A stretch of 64,000 nucleotides of DNA from Candidatus Dormiibacterota bacterium (GTDB lineage Bacteria > Chloroflexota > Dormibacteria > Aeolococcales > Aeolococcaceae). This document shows, one piece after another, positions 20,157 through 28,165 of the stretch. Made by a program: the position numbers and the translations under genes. The first letter of the stretch is position 1, and every line of letters starts with the position of its first letter. Location: the NCBI GenBank assembly GCA_035552595.1, contig DASZKZ010000035.1, positions 9,205 to 73,204 on the forward strand, written 5' to 3'. Below the pieces are notes generated by a model. The model had not been told where the DNA came from. It worked only from the letters and a program-made list of their open reading frames with translations, and did no database searches.

Positions 20157-20975
20157 TCAGTCGTCCTCCGCGCGCTGGCTCGCCGACCCGCTGTGCCGCA
20201 GGCGCAGCGGTGGCCCTCCCGGGGCAGCCTGGATCGTCCAGAAGTCGGCGGCGAGGCCGGCGTCAAGCATGTACGCGTACGGCATGAAGCCATACCCCGC
20301 CGACCCCCAGCCCGCGCCCCAGGAGTTGCGGATGATGAACACCCCGCGGCCGTCGTCGTAGCCGACGCCCACCACGGCGTGGCCGCCGATGGGGGTCTCC
20401 GAAGGCTGGGGCATGGGGATGTCGCCGGTGGTTGCGACGCCCGCACCTTCAAACGAGCTGAAAACGGTGAAGCCGAACACAAAGGTGAAACCCGATGCGA
20501 TGCACGTCTTCAACGGCACCAGCGATTGGTTGAGCCGCTGGTACGCGCCCACCCGGTCGCGAACAGCATCCTGGTACGCCCGCGCCGGCGGTTTGTCGGT
20601 GAACTTGCTGATGTCGTACGGCCAGTCACTCTCGGGGCAGACGCCTTGCGCCGCGATGACCTTGATGCCGTCGCGAATCTGCGCACCGCTGTCGCTGTCG
20701 ACGGTGCCCTCGAGGGCGCGCTCGTTGTAGTAGATGAACAGTCGCGACGGCGTCCAGGTGGGTGCGATCCCGGAGCGGATCTCATCGAACTGCACAGCCC
20801 CGGCGATGGCATTGGCGGTGCAGGAGCCGAGCTCGCCCTGGTCGTACACCGGCGGGCACTGTGGACGGAGGTCGACGGAGGTGGGCAGCTGCGCGGAGGC
20901 CAGCGCCGGAGCCTGCCAGTAGCGGTCGCGGTGGTCGGGAAGGTCGCGGATCCAGCCAAAACGGGCAATCCTCAC
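20157..20975 (-). CDS. papain-like (C1A) cysteine peptidase, no signal peptide or prodomain
   Basis: Gln/Cys motif YDQGELGSCTANA, His motif GGHAVVGVGYDD, Asn motif IIRNSWGAGWG; these are the papain catalytic Cys-His-Asn triad plus oxyanion Gln. Confidence 0.75.
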   Translation of the reverse strand: MRIARFGWIRDLPDHRDRYWQAPALASAQLPTSVDLRPQCPPVYDQGELGSCTANAIAGAVQFDEIRSGIAPTWTPSRLFIYYNERALEGTVDSDSGAQIRDGIKVIAAQGVCPESDWPYDISKFTDKPPARAYQDAVRDRVGAYQRLNQSLVPLKTCIASGFTFVFGFTVFSSFEGAGVATTGDIPMPQPSETPIGGHAVVGVGYDDGRGVFIIRNSWGAGWGSAGYGFMPYAYMLDAGLAADFWTIQAAPGGPPLRLRHSGSASQRAEDD

Positions 20976-21063
20976 GAGCTGGGATTCTGCACCGTCAGCC
21001 GCCGTCTTGGGGCGCGCGCCCAGGTGCTACTCTCGCGGACACCCGCACCTATTCCAGGTAGTC

Positions 21064-23865
21064 ATGAGGTCCTCCATGCCCAAGGGCACCCGCACGGGCC
21101 ACGCCACCCACACCGGCGCGACCTCCGCCAAGCGCTCCGCCACATCCCCGGCCAGCTCGCGCGCGATCGCACCCCGCCGCGGCTCGTCCAACGGTACGTC
21201 GCCCCGGCGCCGCGCTCCCAAGTGGGTGTATGTCTTCGAGGACGGCGACGCCACCATGCGTGATCTGCTCGGCGGCAAGGGAGCCGGTGTTGCTGAGATG
21301 ACGCGCGCCGGTCTGCCCGTGCCACCGGGGTTCACCATCACCACCGAGGCGTGCAACGCCTTCTACGACAACGGGCGGAAGTTTCCCGAGGGCATGTGGG
21401 ACCAGGTGCTGCGCGCACTCAAGGAAACAGAGCGAAAGACGGGGAAGAGGTTCGGCGACGCGCGCAATCCCCTCCTCGTCAGCGTCCGCAGCGGGGCCAA
21501 GTTCTCCATGCCGGGGATGATGGATACCGTGCTCAACCTGGGGCTCAACGCGGAGACCCTGCAGGGCCTGGCCCGGCTCACCGATGACGAGCGCTTCGCC
21601 AAGGACGCCTACCGCCGGTTCATGCAGCTGTTCGGCAAGATCGTGCTGGGCATCGACGGCGACCTCTTCGAGCATGAGCTCCAAGCTGTCAAGACCAAAA
21701 CCAGGGCGCGCAGCGACGCCGACCTCAAGCCGAAGGCTCTCGATGAGGTCATCGAACGCTACCGCGTCCTGATACGCAAGCAAGCCGGCACGGAGTTTCC
21801 CGAAGCACCCATGGATCAGCTGCGCGCCGCCATCGGAGCGGTGTTCTCTTCGTGGAACAACAAGCGCGCCACCGACTATCGCAACTTCAACAGGATCCCT
21901 CATTCCCTGGGGACCGCCGTCAATGTGCAGTCGATGGTGTTCGGCAACATGGGCGACGATTCCGGGACCGGCGTGGCCTTCACCCGCGACCCGTCCACCG
22001 GCGAGCGCGTCCTCTACGGCGAGTACCTGACCAACGCGCAGGGTGAGGATGTGGTGGCGGGCACGCGAACCCCCCAACCGATCACCGCCATGGCCAGGGA
22101 TCTGCCCAAGGCATACGCGCAGTTCGTTCGCATTGCCAAGCGGCTCGAGAAGCATTACCGCGACGTCCAGGACATGGAGTTCACGATCGAGCGCGGCCAG
22201 CTCTACATGCTGCAGACGCGCAACGCCAAGCGCACCGCGGAAGCTGCGGTGAACATCGCTGTCGCCATGGTGTCGGAGCGCCTGATCAGCAGGAAGGAGG
22301 CGGTCCTGCGCGTCGAGCCGACCCAGGTCGACCAGCTTCTCCATACCCGCCTCGATCCCAAGGCTGATGTGGAGGTTCTGGCCACCGGACTGGCCGCGTC
22401 GCCGGGAGCGGCGTACGGCAAGGCGGTGTTCGATGCCGACCGCGCTGAGGCGCTTGCCGCCAAGGGCGAGAAGGTGATCCTGGTGCGCATCGAGACCAAC
22501 CCTGACGACGTGCACGGGATGATCGCCGCCCAGGGCGTGCTGACCGCTCGCGGGGGTCGCACCTCCCATGCCGCGGTGGTGGCGCGGGGGATGGGCAAGC
22601 CGTGCGTGGCCGGCGCCGAGTCGGTGCGGGTCGATCTCACCAAGAGGCAGTTCACGGCCGGCGGCACCACCGTCAGGGAGGGGGACTATTTCACCATCGA
22701 CGGCAGCACCGGGCGGGTGATCGCTGGACAGGTGGCCACCATCGACCCGGAGATCTCGGGTCAGTTGAAGCAGCTGCTGCTCTGGGCGGACAGCTTTCGG
22801 CGCATGGAGGTGTGGGCCAACGGCGACTACCCCCATGACGCCGTTCTCGCCCGCGAGTTCGGCGCGCAGGGCATCGGGCTGTGCCGGACAGAGCACATGT
22901 TCATGGAGCAGTCGCGCCTCCCCATCGTCCAGAAGATGATCCTGGCCGAGACCGAGAAGGAGCGCCGTGCTGAGCTCGCCAGGCTGCTTCCCTTCCAGCG
23001 CGACGACTTCTACGGGATCCTCAAGGCCATGAGGGGATTGCCGGTTGTGATCCGGCTCATCGACCCGCCGCTGCATGAGTTCCTGCCCTCGCTCGAGGAC
23101 CTCCTGGTCGAGGTGACCACGGCTCAGGCCAAGGGTGAGCCGGAGAAGAAGTGGGCCCACAGCGCCAGGCTGCTCGACGCCGTACGCCGTCTTCATGAGC
23201 AGAACCCCATGCTGGGATTGCGCGGGTGCCGGCTCGGCCTGCTCTTCCCGGAGATCATCGAGATGCAGGTGCGCGCCATCATGGAGGCGGCGGTGAAGCT
23301 GCGCCGCGAGCGCGTCGACGTCCACCCCGAGATCATGATCCCGTTGGTGGGAACTCTCGAGGAGCTGCGCCGCACCCGCGGGTACCTGGAGGACACCGTG
23401 CGCACGGTGTTGCGCACCTCCAAGGCCAAGGTCGATTACAAGTTCGGCACCATGATCGAGCTGCCTCGCGCGGCCCTCACCGCCGGTGAGATCGCCGAGG
23501 ACGCCGAATTCTTCTCTTTCGGCACCAACGACCTGACACAGACCACGTTCGGGTACTCGCGAGACGACGCGGAGGGCAAGTTCCTCCTCAAATACGTGGA
23601 GGAGAAGATTCTTCCCGCCAACCCCTTCGAGACCATCGATCGCAACGGGGTGGGGCGCTTGATGGACATCGCAGTCCGGGAGGGACGCGCCACGCGACCG
23701 GGCATGGTCATCGGCATCTGCGGTGAGCATGGGGGCGACCCGGAGTCGATCGCCCTCTGCGAGGAGCTGGGCTTGGACTACGTGTCCTGCTCTCCGTACC
23801 GGGTGCCCGTGGCGCGTTTGGCCGCAGCCCATGCCCGCCTCGCGACGGTGGAGCGCGACCGCTGA
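21064..23865 (+). CDS. ppdK: pyruvate, phosphate dikinase with ~52-aa low-complexity N-terminal extension
   Basis: KWVYVFEDGDATMRDLLGGKGAGVAEMT N-terminal PPDK signature, phospho-His region GGRTSHAAVVARGMGKPCV, C-terminal PEP-utilising TIM barrel; first in-frame ATG at 21064 (alt 21007 or 21076). Confidence 0.9.
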   Translation: MRSSMPKGTRTGHATHTGATSAKRSATSPASSRAIAPRRGSSNGTSPRRRAPKWVYVFEDGDATMRDLLGGKGAGVAEMTRAGLPVPPGFTITTEACNAFYDNGRKFPEGMWDQVLRALKETERKTGKRFGDARNPLLVSVRSGAKFSMPGMMDTVLNLGLNAETLQGLARLTDDERFAKDAYRRFMQLFGKIVLGIDGDLFEHELQAVKTKTRARSDADLKPKALDEVIERYRVLIRKQAGTEFPEAPMDQLRAAIGAVFSSWNNKRATDYRNFNRIPHSLGTAVNVQSMVFGNMGDDSGTGVAFTRDPSTGERVLYGEYLTNAQGEDVVAGTRTPQPITAMARDLPKAYAQFVRIAKRLEKHYRDVQDMEFTIERGQLYMLQTRNAKRTAEAAVNIAVAMVSERLISRKEAVLRVEPTQVDQLLHTRLDPKADVEVLATGLAASPGAAYGKAVFDADRAEALAAKGEKVILVRIETNPDDVHGMIAAQGVLTARGGRTSHAAVVARGMGKPCVAGAESVRVDLTKRQFTAGGTTVREGDYFTIDGSTGRVIAGQVATIDPEISGQLKQLLLWADSFRRMEVWANGDYPHDAVLAREFGAQGIGLCRTEHMFMEQSRLPIVQKMILAETEKERRAELARLLPFQRDDFYGILKAMRGLPVVIRLIDPPLHEFLPSLEDLLVEVTTAQAKGEPEKKWAHSARLLDAVRRLHEQNPMLGLRGCRLGLLFPEIIEMQVRAIMEAAVKLRRERVDVHPEIMIPLVGTLEELRRTRGYLEDTVRTVLRTSKAKVDYKFGTMIELPRAALTAGEIAEDAEFFSFGTNDLTQTTFGYSRDDAEGKFLLKYVEEKILPANPFETIDRNGVGRLMDIAVREGRATRPGMVIGICGEHGGDPESIALCEELGLDYVSCSPYRVPVARLAAAHARLATVERDR

Positions 23866-23966
23866 GCGACCTCGGGGGACCTGGCCTGCTCATCCCCGCG
23901 GAGGTCGAGACGGAGCGCCTTCTGCTTCGACCCTGGCGTGAGTCCGACCTCGACGCCTACGCGGCC

Positions 23967-24401
23967 ATGGTCGCCGACCCCGAGGTGATGCGGTTCCTCG
24001 CCGAAGGGGCGCCCGTGGACCGGCTCGGCGCCTGGCGGCATCTGGCGACGTACATCGGTCACTGGACGCTGCGCGGGTTCAGCCACTGGGCCATCGAACT
24101 GCGCGCCACGGGAGAGTTCATCGGCCGCGCGGGACCCTGGCGCCCCGATGGCTGGCCGGCGCTGGAGATCGGCTGGGCGATCGCACCCGGCCACCAAGGG
24201 CGTGGCTACGCGACCGAAGCGGGTCGTGCGGCGCAGCGCATCGCCTGGGAATGCCTCCGTCCCGACCGGCTGATCTCCCTGGTCAAGCCGGGGAACGGAC
24301 CCTCGGCGGCGGTGGCGCGAAAGCTCGGTGGCGTGCTCGAGGAGACGATCGATTTCCTCGGTGGCGTGACCGACGTGTACACCTATCCGAGACCCGGCTG
24401 A
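23967..24401 (+). CDS. GNAT-family N-acetyltransferase (RimJ/RimL-like); N-terminus probably extends upstream to ~23862
   Basis: Acetyl-CoA motif HQGRGYATEAGRAA; the conserved GNAT N-terminus ETERLLLRPWRESDLDAY is in frame upstream but has no ATG/GTG/TTG before it. Confidence 0.7.
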   Translation: MVADPEVMRFLAEGAPVDRLGAWRHLATYIGHWTLRGFSHWAIELRATGEFIGRAGPWRPDGWPALEIGWAIAPGHQGRGYATEAGRAAQRIAWECLRPDRLISLVKPGNGPSAAVARKLGGVLEETIDFLGGVTDVYTYPRPG

Positions 24402-24539
24402 CCTCTCCAACAGCATCTATCAGGCGGGGCCGGGGTTCAACTTCACGACAACTGTGGCAATAACGATCGAGCCTGGCCGCCGAGTGGTGTGCCCGCCATC
24501 GGATACCATGCAACCTCAGCAATCAGGGGAGTTAGAGGC

Positions 24540-25082
24540 ATGCCTGCACCACGCGACCGGAAGCGATCCGGCGAGCACAAGCCGGCGCGGGTGGCCAAGA
24601 AGGGACCCGGCCGCCCGGTTCGTGCCGCCGCACATGGCTTCCCCGCGGTGACCGACGCCGACTTCACCCTGGAGTCGCCTCGTGCATTCCGGGTGCCGGC
24701 CGAATACCGCCCCGAGTCCACGGCGGGGTTGCGCAGGGAGCTCATCGACCTCCGCGCCGAGGTCCACCGCCTGGCAGCCGAGATCGACAAGCTCTGGGCG
24801 CGCGAGCGCGGTCGCGCCGCCACGCCAGGACGTACCGCACGCAGCATCGCCGGCAAGCCCGTCCGTACCGGGACCCGGGCGTCGCGTCCGGCGGGTGGAA
24901 GCGCGCCTGCCGGTGCCGGTCGGGCCGGCCCCAAGGGCGGAGGCGCGGCGGGGAGGACGGCTGCCGGCCGCGGTACGGGAGGGCCCAAGCGATCCCCCGG
25001 CGCCAAGCGTGGCCCGGGGTGGGCCAAGCCCAAGAGCCGGCCACGGCGGTCGGGGACCACTCCCCGGCGGAAGGGCCGCTGA
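24540..25082 (+). CDS. hypothetical basic Arg/Gly/Pro/Ala-rich protein with short coiled-coil segment
   Basis: ATG preceded by GGAG; LRRELIDLRAEVHRLAAEIDKLWARERG helix then ~90 aa of R/G/P/A/K low-complexity tail (histone-tail-like); coding status uncertain in high-GC DNA. Confidence 0.45.
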   Translation: MPAPRDRKRSGEHKPARVAKKGPGRPVRAAAHGFPAVTDADFTLESPRAFRVPAEYRPESTAGLRRELIDLRAEVHRLAAEIDKLWARERGRAATPGRTARSIAGKPVRTGTRASRPAGGSAPAGAGRAGPKGGGAAGRTAAGRGTGGPKRSPGAKRGPGWAKPKSRPRRSGTTPRRKGR

Positions 25083-25159
25083 CGAAGACAGCTATCCTCC
25101 CTGACGTGGCAGAGCACGTCCGCGTTCGCAAGGTCTCTACCCGGGAGGGCAGGCCCGAG

Positions 25160-25372
25160 ATGCTCGACGACGGTCACGTCGTGGAAGGCGACGAACTGCA
25201 GTCGCCGACCCCTGGAATGCCCTACAGCGTGCGGCGCAGCGTGGTCGAGCACGAGGACGCCCCCGACGTCTTCATGACCTCTCCCATCCGGGCGGTGATC
25301 ACCGACAACGCGGGCACCATCACGCTGCTGACCGACAACTCGCGCTACGCCGTCGAGGTGATCGGCCGCTGA
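25160..25372 (+). CDS. small hypothetical protein (~70 aa)
   Basis: ATG 10 nt after GGGAGGG; MLDDGHVVEGDELQ...AVITDNAGTITLLTDNSRYAVEVIGR; no family recognised. Confidence 0.3.
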   Translation: MLDDGHVVEGDELQSPTPGMPYSVRRSVVEHEDAPDVFMTSPIRAVITDNAGTITLLTDNSRYAVEVIGR

Positions 25373-25406
25373 TGACCCCGACTCCGGCGGCCGGGATCAC
25401 CTACCC

Positions 25407-26657
25407 TTGGAGCTTGCCGCCGAATCGCCACGTGGTGCCGTCCCATTGAGCGAACACGTCAGAGACGACGAACCCTACCTCCTCGTGGAGGAGGTGGCTG
25501 AACGCCTCGGCCTTCCTCTCTCGGTCCTCCTGCACCGGGTCGAGGCTGGCGACATCCCCGCCCAGCGCATCGAGAGCGAGGAGGGGGTCCACTATGCGCT
25601 GCGGCTCGGCGATCTCGGCATCGAGCTGGACGACCAGGGCCTCCGCTCGTCGGCCATCGGCGACGACGGCGGGGACAGCTTCGAGGGGAGCACGGGCGAG
25701 GAGGCCCTGGACGAGGAGAGCACCCTCTCCTCCGTCTTCTCCCGGGACGACACCACCCCCAGCGTCGCCCACGCCATCGTGTCCGCCTTCAACAGCGGGC
25801 CGGAGCCGCTGCCGCGCCAGCGGCTTGGCAGCCTCAACGTCACGGGCCGGCGCGTCGACGATGAGGACGTGGCCGTCGGCGTCGAAGCGGCCTCTGACCG
25901 CCAGTGGTCAGATCCCGACGCCCTCGAACCCGTCCGCGAGACCGAGCTGCCACGGCCGGCGTGGTCGGGGCGACCGCGGGAGCCGCAGGAGGCACCCAGC
26001 TGGCTGACCCCGCGCTCAGCCGCGGCCGAGGTGGTTGCGAATGACCCCGTCGATGACCCCATCGATGGGTCGCAGGGCGCTGCGGAGGTCGCAGACGCCG
26101 GCGCCCTGGACGTGGCCGAGACAGCTGGCGTGAGCTCGATCGACGACGACCCCGTCCCGCCGCCGGCTCACCCCAGCCTGCACGCTGAGAGAGACGGGGT
26201 CCACCTCGACGAGGAGGGCACGGTCGCCCAGCTGGCGATGCCCCCGCCGCCCTCGCCGTCCGCGCAGGTGGGCATCCTGGGCGCCGCGTCGCCGGGTCCT
26301 CACGGCGATCTGGCGTCGATGTCCCTGGACGCACGCGAGCTGGTCGCGGGCCTCCTCGACCGGTGGGAGCGCACGCTCGAGCAGCGCATCTACACCGAGC
26401 AGCGGCAGCGCTTTCAAACCGAGCTGGTCGCCAGGCAGAACATGGTCAAGCAGCTGCAGATGGAGCTGCACTCGGCGCGTGCCGAGCACGCCGCGGCGCA
26501 GGCGGAGAAGGACCGCGTCCTGGCCGAGAAGGAGCGCGAGCTCGCCGACCGGGAGCGTGACCTCGCCGAGAGCCGCAGGCTCGCCCAGGAGGCGGAGCGG
26601 GTGGCCGTCCCCGCCGCGTCCCACCGTCGCCGCTGGTTCTGGAATCGCGACGACTGA
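25407..26657 (+). CDS. hypothetical HTH (excisionase/MerR-like) protein with long acidic disordered middle and C-terminal coiled coil
   Basis: TTG start (alt TTG 25446); N-terminal PYLLVEEVAERLGLPLSVLLHRVEAGDIPAQRI HTH; D/E/S/P-rich ~250 aa; C-terminal heptad-rich ELVARQNMVKQLQMELHSARAEHAAAQAEKDRVLAEKERELADRERDLAESRRLAQEAER. Confidence 0.55.
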   Translation: MELAAESPRGAVPLSEHVRDDEPYLLVEEVAERLGLPLSVLLHRVEAGDIPAQRIESEEGVHYALRLGDLGIELDDQGLRSSAIGDDGGDSFEGSTGEEALDEESTLSSVFSRDDTTPSVAHAIVSAFNSGPEPLPRQRLGSLNVTGRRVDDEDVAVGVEAASDRQWSDPDALEPVRETELPRPAWSGRPREPQEAPSWLTPRSAAAEVVANDPVDDPIDGSQGAAEVADAGALDVAETAGVSSIDDDPVPPPAHPSLHAERDGVHLDEEGTVAQLAMPPPPSPSAQVGILGAASPGPHGDLASMSLDARELVAGLLDRWERTLEQRIYTEQRQRFQTELVARQNMVKQLQMELHSARAEHAAAQAEKDRVLAEKERELADRERDLAESRRLAQEAERVAVPAASHRRRWFWNRDD

Positions 26658-26676
26658 CAGCTCGCCGAGTGGATCC

Positions 26677-28113
26677 GTGGCCGCAGCCGCGCCTCCTGCG
26701 GGCGCGCGCTACTCGAGCCCGGCCGGCCGCTGGATCATCGCGGCCACGGTGCTCGGGTCCGGTGTGGCCTTCCTGGACTCGACGGTCGTCAACGTCGCCC
26801 TGCCCACCATCGCGCGCGACCTCCACACCGGTCTCACCGACCTGCAGTGGATCTCGGATGCCTATCTGCTCACCCTGGGCGCGCTGATCATCCTGGGCGG
26901 CTCGCTCGGCGACCGCTTCGGACGGCGCTGGATCTTCGTGCTCGGACTGACTGCTTTCACAGCGGCCTCGGTGATCTGCGGGCTCGCGCCCAACACCCTG
27001 GTGTTGATCGTGGCTCGCGCCCTTCAGGGTATTGGCGGAGCGCTCCTCGTCCCCGGCAGCCTGGCCATCATCTCGGCCAGCTTCGCCGCTCAGGACCGCG
27101 CCCGCGCCGTCGGGCTCTGGTCCGGATTGAGCGGGGTGAGCGTCGCCGTCGGTCCTTTCTTCGGCGGATGGCTGGTCGACTCGGTGTCGTGGCGGGCCAT
27201 CTTCTTCATCAATGTTCCGCTGTCGGCGGCCGCGGTGGCCATCGCCGTGCGGCATGTCCCCGAGACCCGCGACGACACCGCCACGGGCCGCCCCGACTTT
27301 GTCGGCGCCGCCGTCATCTCGCTGGGACTTGCCGGCGTCGTCTACGCGCTCATCGAGGGACCGAGCAACGGGTGGTCTGCGGCCGCGCTCTCAGCCGGCA
27401 TCGTCGGTGCCTTGCTGCTGCTGGCCTTTCCCTTCACCGAGCTGCGGGTGCGCTCCCCCATGGTGCCGCTGAGGATCTTTGCCTCCCGGCAGTTCAGCGG
27501 CGCCAACCTGACCACGTTCGCGGTGTACGCGGCTCTGTCGGTGACCGCTTTCCTGCTGATCCTCCACCTCCAGCAGGACCTCCACTACTCCGCGCTGGGT
27601 GCGGGCACGGCGTTCCTGCCCGCCAGCGTCCTGCTCATCCTCTTCTCCTCCCGGGCCGGGGCGTTGGCCCAGCGCATCGGTCCGCGGGTGCCGATGACGG
27701 TCGGTCCGCTGCTGGCCGCCGTGGGTCTGATCATGCTGTCCGGCATCCAGCCTGGGGACAGCTACCTGGCGGCGGTGCTCCCGGGCGTGCTGGTGTTCGG
27801 CGCCGGTCTGACCGTGATCGTCGCCCCCCTCACCGCAGCCGTGATGGCGGCGGTGGAACCGCACCACCTCGGGGTGGGGTCGGCGATCAACAATGCCACC
27901 GCCCGCATCGGCGGGATGCTCGCCGTGGCCGTGGTGCCCGCGCTGGCCGGACTGACCGGAGCGTCAACGCACCTGGCCGGCGTGTCGCTGACCAACGGTT
28001 TCACAGCCTCCATGCGTATCAGCGCGGCGATGCTCGTTGCCGGCGGGCTGATCGCGGCGATCTCCATCCGGCGCATCGCTCCCGTCACACCGGCGACGGC
28101 CGCCACGGCATAA
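26677..28113 (+). CDS. MFS transporter, DHA2 (14-TM drug:H+ antiporter) type
   Basis: GTG start just after the upstream stop; 14 predicted TM; motif A-like GDRFGRR; LDSTVVNVALPTI N-terminal signature of EmrB/QacA subfamily. Confidence 0.8.
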   Translation: MAAAAPPAGARYSSPAGRWIIAATVLGSGVAFLDSTVVNVALPTIARDLHTGLTDLQWISDAYLLTLGALIILGGSLGDRFGRRWIFVLGLTAFTAASVICGLAPNTLVLIVARALQGIGGALLVPGSLAIISASFAAQDRARAVGLWSGLSGVSVAVGPFFGGWLVDSVSWRAIFFINVPLSAAAVAIAVRHVPETRDDTATGRPDFVGAAVISLGLAGVVYALIEGPSNGWSAAALSAGIVGALLLLAFPFTELRVRSPMVPLRIFASRQFSGANLTTFAVYAALSVTAFLLILHLQQDLHYSALGAGTAFLPASVLLILFSSRAGALAQRIGPRVPMTVGPLLAAVGLIMLSGIQPGDSYLAAVLPGVLVFGAGLTVIVAPLTAAVMAAVEPHHLGVGSAINNATARIGGMLAVAVVPALAGLTGASTHLAGVSLTNGFTASMRISAAMLVAGGLIAAISIRRIAPVTPATAATA

Positions 28114-28165
28114 CGGCGGGGGGCGCCCCGGCCGGCCCGTGCGAGAGGCGGCCTACCATCCCGTC

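Noticed and set aside
21049-23832. 927-aa minus-strand ORF antisense to ppdK
   Set aside because: ppdK has unambiguous family motifs on the + strand. The antisense translation is low complexity.
24443-25252. 269-aa minus-strand ORF overlapping the basic-protein gene
   Set aside because: P/A/R-rich with no motifs. The + strand ORFs have SD-like sequences and a coiled-coil segment. The strand choice remains uncertain, as flagged in the findings.
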